DNA of 64,000 bases from an uncultured Chlamydiae bacterium (lineage in GTDB: Bacteria; Chlamydiota; Chlamydiia; Chlamydiales; SM23-39), in the NCBI GenBank assembly GCA_963730605.1, contig CAVSSM010000009.1, forward strand, positions 32,001 to 96,000. Direction: 5' to 3'. The position numbers and the translations under genes are program-made. The notes beneath the pieces were generated by a model, which saw only the letters and a program-made list of their open reading frames with translations, searched no databases and was not told the origin of the DNA. Within the stretch, counting starts at the first letter, position 1, and each line of letters starts with the position of its first letter. This document shows positions 20,234-30,451 of this stretch, one piece after another.

Positions 20234-22950
20234 GTTCTTCTAAATTCGTCGATCAGATTTGCCACCAGACCGGTCCAACCGTTCTGGTGGGATGCTCCGA
20301 GACCTCGGCCATTGTCCCCATGAAAATGCTCGTAAAAGAAAAGATGGTCCCTAAAATGGGGGTCTTTCTGGAATTTCTCCATTTCTCCGTATAAGGGACG
20401 CCTGCCGCGGGAGTCTTTCTTGAATAGATTTAAGAGCCTCTCGGCATAGCTTTTACCCATTTCGCTCAAAGTGACTGGCTTTTCACCGGGCGCTTTGATT
20501 TTCATCGAACCTTCAAATACGGAGCCAAGCCGCATCAAGGTTTCGATGAGAAGGTAATTGAGAGGAAGCCAGATCGGCCCTCGCCAATTCGAATTTCCCC
20601 CTTTGATTTTTTCGTGCGCCTCGCCAGGTTCGTAGAATAGGGTCATATTTTCTAAACGGGCGGGATTCTTTTCGTGGTATTTCGATAAAGATCGCAAACC
20701 GTATTCAGAACGAAATTCGGCCGGATCCCAGAGGTAGGTAAGAAAGCGCTGCAGCTCTTTAGAATCGAGGAGGCCGAAGCGGAGTTTCGTCCCGCTTGCA
20801 TGGGGTATTTTTTGGACGCACTTATCGGTGAGGTGCGATTTTTTCTCGATAAACCATTGAAAAGCAGTGTAAAAATCGGGGAATGCTTTCAGTTCTTCTT
20901 CATCCCAAACATCGCAGGCAAAGAAGGGGATAATTCCTGTCAGAGACCTGACCCGGATCTGTTCGTGAGAGCCATCTGGGAAGCGCAAGTAGCTGTAAAA
21001 AAAACCGTCCTCCTCGCTCCACATGTCATAATGGCGCCAATAGCCTTTCCTCATCGCCGCGGTGACATAAGCAAAGTGTTGAAAAAATTTGATCGCAAGG
21101 CCCTCATAAATGGGATTCTTTTTCGCTAACGTCAGGGAGATTCTCATTAAATTCAGGCATAGAATCGACATCCATCCCGAGCCGTCCGATTGGTCTAAGA
21201 GGTGTCCTTGAAGCAATTTCTCGGACCTATCGCCGAACCCAATATTGTCCATTCCTAGAAAGCCGCCCTCGAAAATATTATGACCGAGGCTGTCCACTTT
21301 ATTGACCCACCAAGCGAAATTGAGAAGCAGCTTGTGGAAACACTTTTCTAAGTAGGGATAATCTTCCTTGCCCTTCTTCTCCTTTTCCAATTCGAAGATT
21401 CTCAGGAGCGCCCAAGCCTGGACAGGAGGATTCACATCGCTGAATTCCCATTCATAGGCCGGGATTGCCCCGTTTGGATGTTGGAATTGATCGAAAAGGA
21501 GAACCCAAAGCTGGTGCTTCGCGAATTCGATATCGATCAGCGCGAAAGTAAGGGCATGGAACGCAAGATCCCAGGCCGCAAACCAAGGGAATTCCCATTT
21601 GTCCGGCATCGAAAAAATTCGCATAGAGATCACATGGCGCCAGTGCAAATTGCGAATATGCTTGTGCTCTTCCGGAGGCGGATTTTTTGGGTTATCCCCA
21701 TCGATCCAGGCCCCCACATCGTAGAGGTAGATTTGTTTGTTCCAGATCATCCCTGCAAACGCCTGCCTCTGAATGGCCTTTTCCTCGGATGTAGCAGACT
21801 TTGGGTGGATCGATTCATAAAAGAAGTCGGCTTCCTCCTTTCGCTGACAAATCACCTGCGCCACTTCTCGTAAAGGGTCTTTCATTGGCTTGTTCGTAAG
21901 GCGGAGCAAGACCGTCTCTGATTTTCCCGGGGCAATTGCAGGGAAAAAGTAGTGAAAAGCCGCTTTTGTCCCGAACCGCTCCGGGTTGACGGCGTTCATT
22001 TCTTTTTGAATCAAGTACCGGTGGAAAGCGTCTTTTACAAAGGGAGTTGCATTCTTCGCTTTCCAGAGAACCGCTCCATTTGTTTCGTTATTGGTGAATA
22101 GGGGACTTGCGCCGGAACCTGCATACAGATAACGAGGCCCTAGGTGATAATCGAAGAGGAGGGCTGGAGGAGAAGCTAACGCCGAATCGTCGGCCACCAT
22201 GCAAAGATCCTCATTCGAGCGGCCCTTATGAGCTAAAGTTTTCATCTGGATCCTCGGCTCTTGCAAACGCTCAGGGCCCCAGGACCACTGGTTGCGGAAC
22301 CAAAGATGAGGCAAAATGTGAAGGGGCGCAGGCGTTGCGCCCCGGTTGACCGCCTCGATCCGAATGCAAATGTCGTCGGGATCGGCATTTGCGTATTCGA
22401 TCATAATATCGAAATAACGGTCTTCATCAAAAATGCCTGTATCGACCAATTCATATTCAGGATCTTTGCCCCCTCGTCTTCTATTTTCCTCGACCAATTT
22501 CTGATAAGGAAAGGGATCTTGAGGATATTTATAGAGATACTTTAGATAGCTATGGGTCGGCGTTGCGTCGAGATAGTAATAGACCTCTTTCACGTCTTCG
22601 CCGTGATTTCCTTCAAGAGAGTTTACGCCGAAGAGGCGCTCTTTCAAAATCGGATCTTTGCCATTCCAAAACGCGGGGGCAAAGAGGAGAACTTGAAAGC
22701 GGTCGGAAATCCCCGCGATCCCATCTTCGACCCGCCGATAAGCCCGTAAGCGGGCATGGTCGTGAGGGAAGTAAGTCCAAGGGTCGCCATCTTTACTATA
22801 GTCCTCTCGGACGGAGCCCCATCCCCGTTCAGAGACGTAAGGACCCCACCGCTCCCAAGCAGGCACGTCACCGATCGATGGTTTGAAGCCAAGTTCGGAA
22901 GAGCCTCCAGCGTTGAGCCGCTCTAGTTCTGGATTCTTCCGCCTAATCAT
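20230..22950 (-). CDS. GH63/MGH1-like glucosidase
   Basis: WGPYVSER, MPDKWEFPWFAAWDLAFH, GGNSNWRGPIW, GLGASHQ. Confidence 0.88.
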   Translation of the reverse strand: MIRRKNPELERLNAGGSSELGFKPSIGDVPAWERWGPYVSERGWGSVREDYSKDGDPWTYFPHDHARLRAYRRVEDGIAGISDRFQVLLFAPAFWNGKDPILKERLFGVNSLEGNHGEDVKEVYYYLDATPTHSYLKYLYKYPQDPFPYQKLVEENRRRGGKDPEYELVDTGIFDEDRYFDIMIEYANADPDDICIRIEAVNRGATPAPLHILPHLWFRNQWSWGPERLQEPRIQMKTLAHKGRSNEDLCMVADDSALASPPALLFDYHLGPRYLYAGSGASPLFTNNETNGAVLWKAKNATPFVKDAFHRYLIQKEMNAVNPERFGTKAAFHYFFPAIAPGKSETVLLRLTNKPMKDPLREVAQVICQRKEEADFFYESIHPKSATSEEKAIQRQAFAGMIWNKQIYLYDVGAWIDGDNPKNPPPEEHKHIRNLHWRHVISMRIFSMPDKWEFPWFAAWDLAFHALTFALIDIEFAKHQLWVLLFDQFQHPNGAIPAYEWEFSDVNPPVQAWALLRIFELEKEKKGKEDYPYLEKCFHKLLLNFAWWVNKVDSLGHNIFEGGFLGMDNIGFGDRSEKLLQGHLLDQSDGSGWMSILCLNLMRISLTLAKKNPIYEGLAIKFFQHFAYVTAAMRKGYWRHYDMWSEEDGFFYSYLRFPDGSHEQIRVRSLTGIIPFFACDVWDEEELKAFPDFYTAFQWFIEKKSHLTDKCVQKIPHASGTKLRFGLLDSKELQRFLTYLWDPAEFRSEYGLRSLSKYHEKNPARLENMTLFYEPGEAHEKIKGGNSNWRGPIWLPLNYLLIETLMRLGSVFEGSMKIKAPGEKPVTLSEMGKSYAERLLNLFKKDSRGRRPLYGEMEKFQKDPHFRDHLFFYEHFHGDNGRGLGASHQNGWTGLVANLIDEFRRT

Positions 22951-23905
22951 GGTTCTCCATATAGGCGGCGGCTCCGATCAGAGCCGTATCGTCGTTCAAA
23001 ACGACCCAAACCGGGATCGACTCAAGGAGTCCCCGGAAACGCCCTTTGCTAAGAAAGGATGAAAGAAACGGCCCTTGCTTTAATTGGCCGAGAATACGGG
23101 GCGCTATCCCTCCGCCGATATAGAGTCCGCCCAAAGACATGAACTTCAACGCGACATTGCCGGCTTCCGCCCCATATATGGAAACAAACCGGTCGAGAGC
23201 TTCTTTGCAAGTCGGGTCTTTGCCTTTGCCTCCCAACTCCGATACAACTTTCGAGGGATCCCTTTTCTCCATTTCGCTTTTGGTCTCTGGAGAAAAAGGA
23301 AATCGTTCCGTTTCGACCAAGAATTGAAAAATCGCATAAAGACCTGGCCCTGAGACGACTCGTTCGTAGGAAACATGCTCTGTTTTTTTTTTGAGGTAAT
23401 GGAACAGGGCGATTTCCTCTTCATTTCTCGGAGCGAAATCGACATGGCCTCCCTCGCAAGAGAACGGGTGGTGCTTTCGGCCGTCCCAAAATAGGCCCGC
23501 CTCTCCTAAGCCCGTTCCAGCGGAGATCAGCGCTTGGTTTCCTTGGACTTTTGGATCTCCGGATTGGAGAGAGTATATCTCTTCTTTCTTGAGCCTTTTC
23601 AGGCCGTAAGCATGGGCTACGAGATCGTTTAAAAGCCGCACCGGCATATGCAGAGCTTGGCTTAAAACGGCTTCGTCGAGAATCCAAGGCAGGTTGGTCG
23701 TCTTGCATTTGCCATTCCTGACCGGGCCTGCAATCCCAAAACAAGCCCTCGATACTGTTCTTTGTTCGGTTTGAAGAAACTGTTCGACGATCTTCTCTAG
23801 ACCGGTAAACTCGCGGCTGGGATATTTTCGTTCGATGATTTTCTCCCCTTTTTCAAAGAGGGCAAGCCGCGTATGCGTTCCGCCGATATCCCCGGTCAAG
23901 ATCAT
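22943..23905 (-). CDS. glk: Glucokinase
   Basis: GDIGGTHTR, LLND, GTGLG, EGGH, YERVVSG. Confidence 0.95.
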   Translation of the reverse strand: MILTGDIGGTHTRLALFEKGEKIIERKYPSREFTGLEKIVEQFLQTEQRTVSRACFGIAGPVRNGKCKTTNLPWILDEAVLSQALHMPVRLLNDLVAHAYGLKRLKKEEIYSLQSGDPKVQGNQALISAGTGLGEAGLFWDGRKHHPFSCEGGHVDFAPRNEEEIALFHYLKKKTEHVSYERVVSGPGLYAIFQFLVETERFPFSPETKSEMEKRDPSKVVSELGGKGKDPTCKEALDRFVSIYGAEAGNVALKFMSLGGLYIGGGIAPRILGQLKQGPFLSSFLSKGRFRGLLESIPVWVVLNDDTALIGAAAYMENHD

Positions 23906-24002
23906 GAAGCCACCTTTTTCATACTGTTACCAGAAAAGGAATTTTTTTTCTTTGACGAGAAGGAGATGTAGATCTCATGCTTAGAGAAACAAGGAGGAAC
24001 TT

Positions 24003-25067
24003 ATGTCTCAGCAAGCATCGACGACCGATTCCGGCAAGAAGAAGGCGCTGGAGCTCGCAATCTCCCACATCCAAAAGCAATTTGGAGACGGGGCGATCAT
24101 GTCGCTCGGCCGGCACTCTTCCGTGCACGGCCTCAGCGTAATCAAGACGGGCGCTGTTTCCCTTGATCTCGCCCTTGGCATCGGCGGCGTGCCCCGCGGC
24201 AGGATCGTAGAGATTTACGGCCCCGAATCTTCGGGTAAATCGACCCTGGCCACCCACATCGTGGCCAGCGCCCAGAAAAGCGGGGGGCTCGCCGCTTATA
24301 TCGATGCGGAACACGCCCTGGATCCCGCTTACGCTGCGAAAATCGGCGTTAATATCGACGATCTCATGATTTCCCAGCCCGACAACGGCGAAGAAGCCTT
24401 GAATATCGCCGAAATGCTCGCCCGCTCGAATGCCGTCGACATCATTGTCATCGACTCGGTCGCTGCGCTCGTTCCAAAGTCGGAGCTCGAAGGGGAAATC
24501 GGCGACCAGCACATGGGTCTTCAGGCGAGAATGATGTCCCAGGCCCTAAGAAAATTGACCGCTACCCTCTCACGCAGCAATACTTGCGCCATCTTCATCA
24601 ACCAGATCCGCGAAAAGATCGGCGTCATGTTCGGCAACCCCGAAACGACGACCGGAGGCCGCGCCTTGAAATTCTACGCCTCGATTCGGATGGATATCCG
24701 CCGCATCTCCGGAATCAAGAGCCCTGACAATACGACAGACATCGGCTCGCGCGTCCGGGTCAAAGTCGTCAAGAACAAATGCGCCCCTCCCTTCCAGGTT
24801 GCAGAATTCGACATCCTTTTCAACGAAGGGATCTCCCATATCGGCTCGCTCATCGACATTGGCGTCGATTGCGGCATCGTCGATAAAAAGGGGACGTGGT
24901 TTAGCTATCAGACGCATCGCCTGGGGCAAGGCCGGGAAGCGGTCCGCGAAGAGCTGAAAGGCAAACCAAAGCTCGCGGAAGAAATCGAAAAAGCGATCCA
25001 TGCGAAGATCTCCTCAGGCGCTCCACTACCCAAGAAGTCCGCCGGAGAAGCATTGGCTCCGGCTTAA
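24003..25067 (+). CDS. recA: Recombinase RecA
   Basis: [39 protein letters not shown]. Confidence 0.99.
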   Translation: MSQQASTTDSGKKKALELAISHIQKQFGDGAIMSLGRHSSVHGLSVIKTGAVSLDLALGIGGVPRGRIVEIYGPESSGKSTLATHIVASAQKSGGLAAYIDAEHALDPAYAAKIGVNIDDLMISQPDNGEEALNIAEMLARSNAVDIIVIDSVAALVPKSELEGEIGDQHMGLQARMMSQALRKLTATLSRSNTCAIFINQIREKIGVMFGNPETTTGGRALKFYASIRMDIRRISGIKSPDNTTDIGSRVRVKVVKNKCAPPFQVAEFDILFNEGISHIGSLIDIGVDCGIVDKKGTWFSYQTHRLGQGREAVREELKGKPKLAEEIEKAIHAKISSGAPLPKKSAGEALAPA

Positions 25068-25913
25068 ACCAGCAACAAGTTCTTGGAAGGGAGCCGTCCA
25101 AAGACCCAGCTTTTCCAATGAATTCCTGAACGAGGCGATTTCTCTTTTGAATAGAGAGATCGCCTTTTCTTTTCCGAGAACGCTCACAATATTCACTCCG
25201 GTTGTCTCGTCTTGAGCCAAGTCATCCAAGTCATCGGCGATTTGAAACGCCATGCCCAGATGAAAAGCGCACATGCGGAGATTTTCGAGGAGCCCTGGAC
25301 TCCCCCCGCCGAAGAGCCAGCCGAAATAAAAAGAAATTTCAAATAAAGTGGCTGTCTTTTGGACGATCACCTTTTGGATTGTCTCCCAAGTCGAATCGGG
25401 AGGAAAGAGATCGAGGAACTGCCCGTTTGTCGCCCCCTGCATCCCCGCGCATCGCGTCGCCACAGCCAAGCACAAAAAAGACGCTTCGCTTGCCTGACCC
25501 GCGAAGCGGGCGTCTCCTTTCATCAGCTCTCCATTCAGGTGGATCCCCCCGTAGCCTTCCGCGATCAGAGTATAGCTCGCTAAAATCGCCGTCGCCTCTC
25601 CAAAAGCTTTGTGCAAAGAAGGGCGGTTCCTCCGAAAATCGTCGTTGTCCATGCAGGGAAGATCGTCGGCGATCAAAGAAGCCGTGTGAAAGAACTCTAC
25701 CCCTAAAGCCGCGGGAGAGACGTCCAAGCCATTAGAGAGAGAGTCTGCCGTCATCATGACAATCAAGGGCCTTAAGCGTTTCCCCCCAGAGACCAGCGCA
25801 TACTCGCAGGCATCGCGCAAAGGGTTTTTTTCTCCAAACCGATGAATGGCGGAAGAGAGTTCCTTTTCGAATTTTTGGCGATATCCTTCAAGTAGCACGA
25901 GCTTTCTCCACAA
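25026..25913 (-). CDS. ispA: Polyprenyl diphosphate synthase (geranyltranstransferase)
   Basis: [29 protein letters not shown]. Confidence 0.9.
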   Translation of the reverse strand: MWRKLVLLEGYRQKFEKELSSAIHRFGEKNPLRDACEYALVSGGKRLRPLIVMMTADSLSNGLDVSPAALGVEFFHTASLIADDLPCMDNDDFRRNRPSLHKAFGEATAILASYTLIAEGYGGIHLNGELMKGDARFAGQASEASFLCLAVATRCAGMQGATNGQFLDLFPPDSTWETIQKVIVQKTATLFEISFYFGWLFGGGSPGLLENLRMCAFHLGMAFQIADDLDDLAQDETTGVNIVSVLGKEKAISLFKREIASFRNSLEKLGLWTAPFQELVAGLSRSQCFSGGLLG

Positions 25914-26604
25914 GATCGAGAAGCGGTTGAATCATCGGCTCCAATTTAATCGTGTTTTCCCCCGAGATTCTGCTCCGGGCAGGGATCGTGCCTCCGAAAT
26001 GCAAAAGAGGGTGTGAAACGCTCTCCCTGCCGATCAGCGTTCCGGGATTCAGGACGCAGTTGCAGCCGATCTGCACCCGGTCGCCTATAATCGCGCCGAA
26101 CTTTTTTAATCCTGTCCGGACCCGCTTCTTATCTAAAAATACGGCCACTTCAGTCCGGTCGAGCCGTAAGTTCGCGCACTTGACTCCCGCTCCCAAGTTC
26201 ACCCCGTTTCCCAGGATCGAATCCCCAACATAGGCGAAATGGGCGGCCGCCGCGCCATCGAGAAGAACCGCGTGCTTGATTTCAGCGCCGTGCCCTACAG
26301 TTGCACGGTCTCCGCAAATCACTCCGCCATGCAAATAGGCTCCGTGCCGCAGGATGCATTCCTTGCCGATGATGCAAGGGCCGACAATGTAAACCCCGGG
26401 TTCGATCAAAGTTCCTTGCCCGATCGCAATGAACTCGGGCCGATCCAAGTGCACACCGGTTGGGACTTTGATATCGATCCGGAAAGCCTGATCTCTCAAA
26501 TAATCGTTTAGAGTAAGAAGGGGACCCCATATCGGCCCCCCCGTTTTCCAAAGATCGGGATGAGCAAAGCGCCCCAATGAAAAATATCCTTCGATTTCCA
26601 ACAT
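25888..26604 (-). CDS. GlmU-like left-handed beta-helix transferase (C-terminal domain only)
   Basis: Hexapeptide repeats; HFAYVGDSILG, KFGAIIGD. Confidence 0.8.
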   Translation of the reverse strand: MLEIEGYFSLGRFAHPDLWKTGGPIWGPLLTLNDYLRDQAFRIDIKVPTGVHLDRPEFIAIGQGTLIEPGVYIVGPCIIGKECILRHGAYLHGGVICGDRATVGHGAEIKHAVLLDGAAAAHFAYVGDSILGNGVNLGAGVKCANLRLDRTEVAVFLDKKRVRTGLKKFGAIIGDRVQIGCNCVLNPGTLIGRESVSHPLLHFGGTIPARSRISGENTIKLEPMIQPLLDLVEKARAT

Positions 26605-26636
26605 GAGAAGTATTATACTAGAAAGCCCATCTTCTT

Positions 26637-27725
26637 ATGTTAAAAAAATCGATCCCTTTTCTCTTTTTTATTCTCGGAAGCTTATTTCTTCGCTGGGATG
26701 CGGACCAACGCTTTTTCAACAGATCCCAAATCGCTCATGAAAAAAAGGAGCTCCGCATCCTCGTCTTGCACAGAAACGGCATCGGGGAAAAAGAGTCCTC
26801 GGCCCGGATCAAAACCGCCTGCGAAAATCTCGGCTGGGAGTGCTATATTTGCTCTTCCAAGCCCTCGGCTTGGGCAAAAATACTCCTTTTTCACCCCCTT
26901 GAAAAAGCGATCGGCGCCATCCGGCCGGACTTTACGATCAATCTCCAGAGCGCCGAAAGGCACGCTCCTGGAGTGAACTTCGTCTCTCTTTCTTCCGGCG
27001 TCCAAACCTATGCAAAAGAAAATTTCGACTGGGAAAAATATGCCCCTTTCGACGCATTCCTTCCCACTTTTCAGGAAATCGAGCGAGTTGCAGCAAAAAT
27101 CGAATCGCTAGGCAAACCTTTCCGAGGGATGCGCTGGTTTTTCACATGCCCGAGGACTCCTTTTACTCTTCTTCACCCAAAACGGATCTTCTACTGCGGC
27201 AGTAATTGGGACCGGACGAGAAAAGGGGAGGCTTACAAACGCCTTTTTGCAAAGCTCGACGAAACCGGCGACCTCTCCGTTTATGGCCCCCCGAAAACCT
27301 GGAAGCACATGCCCCGTTCTTACCGCGGTTTTTTGCCGTTCGACGGCCGAAGTACAATCAAAGCAATGCAAGAATGCGGCATCGTCCTCATCCTCCATTC
27401 CGAAACACACCTGAAAGGCAACTCCCCTACAGGCCGCATTTTCGAAGCCGCCGCATCGGGCTGCGTCATCATTTCCGATCGTCATCCATTCGTGATGCAA
27501 GAGTTCGGCGATTCAGTTCTTTACATCGATCAAGAAGGCAGTCCTGAGGCTCTCTTTCAAGAGATCGAGGATCGCCTGGCCTGGATCCGCTCCCATCCCA
27601 AAGAGGCGGTAGAAATGGCCGCCCGATGCCATGAGATCTTCGAAGAGCGCTTTACTCTTGAAGAGCAGCTTCTCAAGTTAAAAAAAATCTACGAAGAGAC
27701 TACACAGATAGTCAATGAAGAATAG
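26637..27725 (+). CDS. GT-B glycosyltransferase (CgeB-like)
   Basis: YCGSNWD, GRIFEAAASGCVIISD. Confidence 0.75.
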   Translation: MLKKSIPFLFFILGSLFLRWDADQRFFNRSQIAHEKKELRILVLHRNGIGEKESSARIKTACENLGWECYICSSKPSAWAKILLFHPLEKAIGAIRPDFTINLQSAERHAPGVNFVSLSSGVQTYAKENFDWEKYAPFDAFLPTFQEIERVAAKIESLGKPFRGMRWFFTCPRTPFTLLHPKRIFYCGSNWDRTRKGEAYKRLFAKLDETGDLSVYGPPKTWKHMPRSYRGFLPFDGRSTIKAMQECGIVLILHSETHLKGNSPTGRIFEAAASGCVIISDRHPFVMQEFGDSVLYIDQEGSPEALFQEIEDRLAWIRSHPKEAVEMAARCHEIFEERFTLEEQLLKLKKIYEETTQIVNEE

Positions 27726-27970
27726 GGTTGGTTCCTTAGACGTGCGGGGACATGTCCTTTCCACCCCAACTCAGCCTTCCACAATCTTCTTGGATCTATT
27801 CTATATAAAGAAAGAGAGATACTCTTCTTCTGGGGCTGTGGAAATGTCGAAGCCCAAGCGTAAACTAGAGGAAAAAATCTTGTTCACAACTTCGGGTTAC
27901 CTTGTTCAAAAGATCGAAGTTTTGCACAGACCCCGACTCGTCGACAGCTTTTGAACAAAGTTATGAACAA
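27726..27970. other. Candidate replication origin oriC
   Basis: Gap between convergent genes with 7 DnaA-box-like 9-mers (perfect TTTTGCACA at 27920) and an AT-rich patch at ~27795-27815. Confidence 0.6.
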
Positions 27971-28587
27971 TCTGCCTGGCAAGCCATGAGCCATCGACGA
28001 AAAAAACAAGCTTCGAATCCGCAGACAATCTCCACATGCTGAGAGGAGGATGGAATGCGATTCAGTTCTTTTTCCATCTCTTGCAAGTGTTCCTTTTCTT
28101 CGAGGAGGATAGACTGAACCTGAACCTTTGATTGGGATCGTTTTAAGGCAGCTTGATAGATCGGATAAAGTTCTTCAGCGCGAAGCTCGATGGCATACGT
28201 TACAAGAAGGTAGGCGAGTTCTTTGATTTGAGCCCCTGCCAGTTTAAGGGTTTGAAGATAGCGAGAGGCTCGAAGGTTCAGTTTTTTCAAATAATGAGTC
28301 CCTGGCCACGTCCCTAAAGTAGAGCCGAGTTGATAATCCTCGTACGTTTTTCCGATCCGGGCCAGCTGTTTCTTGAGGTAAAAGGCGTGACGAAACTCTT
28401 CAGCGGCGTGTTTGAGCATTTCTTCTTTGACAAGCGTTGGATGTTCAGTGGCCGCAATCATTTTCGCGCCGCAATTCTCTAGATATGAGAGAGTGTTGAT
28501 CCATCGCGCATGTAAGAGTGGATTCTTTACGATCAGATCGATCAGCTGACGTGTTTCTTTTTCAAATGAAACGAAACATTTGACCAT
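27961..28587 (-). CDS. Ferritin-like di-iron protein of the biotin operon (BioE-type pimeloyl-generating oxygenase)
   Basis: E...EEFRH and E...EEKEH ligand pairs; last gene of bioBFDA. Confidence 0.7.
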   Translation of the reverse strand: MVKCFVSFEKETRQLIDLIVKNPLLHARWINTLSYLENCGAKMIAATEHPTLVKEEMLKHAAEEFRHAFYLKKQLARIGKTYEDYQLGSTLGTWPGTHYLKKLNLRASRYLQTLKLAGAQIKELAYLLVTYAIELRAEELYPIYQAALKRSQSKVQVQSILLEEKEHLQEMEKELNRIPSSSQHVEIVCGFEACFFRRWLMACQADCS

Positions 28588-29864
28588 GAGCGCTCTTCCA
28601 AAGTGGTTGCGATTGCGGAATAAAATTGGGAGAGTTCCTCGCGGGAGATGCAATAAGGAGGAAGCAAATAGAGGACATTCCCAAGAGGGCGAAGAAGTAG
28701 ACCTCTCTTTTGAAAAAAATCGGTTAGTTTCTTTTTTATCGGATCATAATAAGAGTCCTTTCCCGACTTGTATTCGATCGCTAAAATGGTTCCAAGAACA
28801 TCGCATCTTTTCAATTTGGGATGATTTTTCCACTGCCTTTGAAATTGCCTGTGTTCTGATTCGATCATGACTCTCGCGCTTGTGCATTCAGCTCGGAGCA
28901 AGAGGTCTAGGCTTGCGTTCGCCGCTGCGCAGGCTAATGGATTTGCTGTGTAAGAATGGCCATGAAGAAAGGCCTTGGCTGGATCCGGGGAGAGAAAAGA
29001 GGAATAGAGGCTCTCCTTCGCTATAGTTGCCCCCAAGGGGAGAAAGCCTCCAGTAATCCCCTTGGAAAGACAGATTAAATCGGGAGAAACCCCTAATCGG
29101 CTGCAAGCAAAAAGGGGTCCTGTTCTTCCAAATCCTGTCATCACTTCATCAGCAATTGTGATGATTCCTTGGGATTGGCAGGCTGCAACCATTTTGGCCA
29201 AGGTTTACCTTGAGTGTAGGCGCATTCCCCCGGCCCCTTGAATCAGTGGCTCAAAAATGAAAGCCGCCACATCCCCTGAATGTAAAGCGGTTTTACATTG
29301 CTCCCAGGATTCGATTTCATATCCAGGCATTGGGGGGACAATCGAATGAACTTCGAATAGATAGGGCCAAAAGGGACGGTTGTAATGGTTTTTTCCCGCC
29401 GCCGCCATCGCGCCGAAGGTATCGCCATGATAGGCCCCTTCAAAAGAAAGGATCCGCATTTTCTTCTCTCCGACTTGAAAAGCCATTTTCAAAGCCACTT
29501 CGACAGCCGTAGATCCGTTATCGGAATAAAAAACGCGGGAATATCCGCTAGGAAGTATTGACAAGAGCCTTTCAGCTAAGATAATTGCCTGTGGGTGCGT
29601 GAATCCGGCAAAAAGGACATGTTCGAGTTCTCTTGCTTGAGAGTTGATTTTTCTCGCGATGTAGGGATGGGCATGGCCATGGATATTTACCCACCAGGAG
29701 GAGATGCCATCCAAATATGCATCTCCTGATTCAGAGTAAAGATAGGGGCCTTTTCCCTTTACAATCGGAATAGGGGCCGCGGCCGTTTGGGCTTGCGTAA
29801 ATGGGTGCCAGATGCACGCCTGATCTCTTAAAGTCCAAGAGCTTTTATAAGATGCGGCTTCCAC
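28542..29864 (-). pseudogene. bioA: DAPA aminotransferase with an in-frame TAA at 29205-29207
   Basis: IWHPFTQ, SSWWVNIHGH, DEVMTGFGRTG, SKGITGG; both halves in one frame: ...LHSR*TLAKM... Confidence 0.85.
29281..29297. repeat. 17-bp palindrome TGTAAAGCGGTTTTACA (parS-like, copy 3, in bioA)
   Basis: One mismatch to the perfect palindrome. Confidence 0.8.
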
Positions 29865-30451
29865 TCTTTTGCTATCCTTTGTACAGTCTTTGGGTTAAGT
29901 GTTTTTTGCCATGCTAATCTCCCAAGACAGCCGGCATTGGCTTTTTTTAAAAGCATCTCTTCCGTTTCCAAGTCTCCTCTTCCGTTAAAAATGATTCCTA
30001 AAAGAGAAAACTTCCTGAGTTTCATGGATTCAACTGTAAGGGAAAAATGATTGAGACTGCCGAGATAATGGCGGTGAACCAGGATCCAAAGAGCATCCCA
30101 ATGGATGGCCGCATCGGCCCAAACTTCTTTTTCATTCAAGGGAGTTAATACGCCGCCCGTCCCTTCAATCACGAGAGGCCCAGAGGATTCCGGAGGGATC
30201 AGATTTTTTGCCGCGATCCGCACTCCTTCTCTTTTTGCCGCTAAATGGGGGGAACAGGGGGCGTGGAGTTGAAAACTTGAAGGATAACAGCGCCCTTCAG
30301 TAGAGAGGCGCTCTTGCACCCAAACTGCATCGCTTGGGAACCCGCATTGGATCGGCTTCCAGTAAGCGCCATCTAAGCTCTCCGTCAAAATGGCGGATAT
30401 TGCAGTCTTGCCAACTCCAGTGTGTATCCCGGCAACAACAATGCGATTCAT
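29828..30451 (-). CDS. bioD: Dethiobiotin synthase
   Basis: GIHTGVGKT, YWKPIQCG, IEGTGG, YLGSLNH. Confidence 0.95.
   Translation of the reverse strand: MNRIVVAGIHTGVGKTAISAILTESLDGAYWKPIQCGFPSDAVWVQERLSTEGRCYPSSFQLHAPCSPHLAAKREGVRIAAKNLIPPESSGPLVIEGTGGVLTPLNEKEVWADAAIHWDALWILVHRHYLGSLNHFSLTVESMKLRKFSLLGIIFNGRGDLETEEMLLKKANAGCLGRLAWQKTLNPKTVQRIAKEWKPHLIKALGL

Noticed and set aside
22022..22039. TGGAAAGCGTCTTTTACA near-match to the 17-bp palindrome
   Set aside because: Arm mismatch and 6-nt spacer; not counted
23906..24002. SOS/LexA box upstream of recA
   Set aside because: No recognisable LexA palindrome; only a plausible TTGACG -35 element
25026..25067. Convergent 3' overlaps (recA/ispA, dapA/purB and others)
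   Set aside because: Common in compact chlamydial genomes
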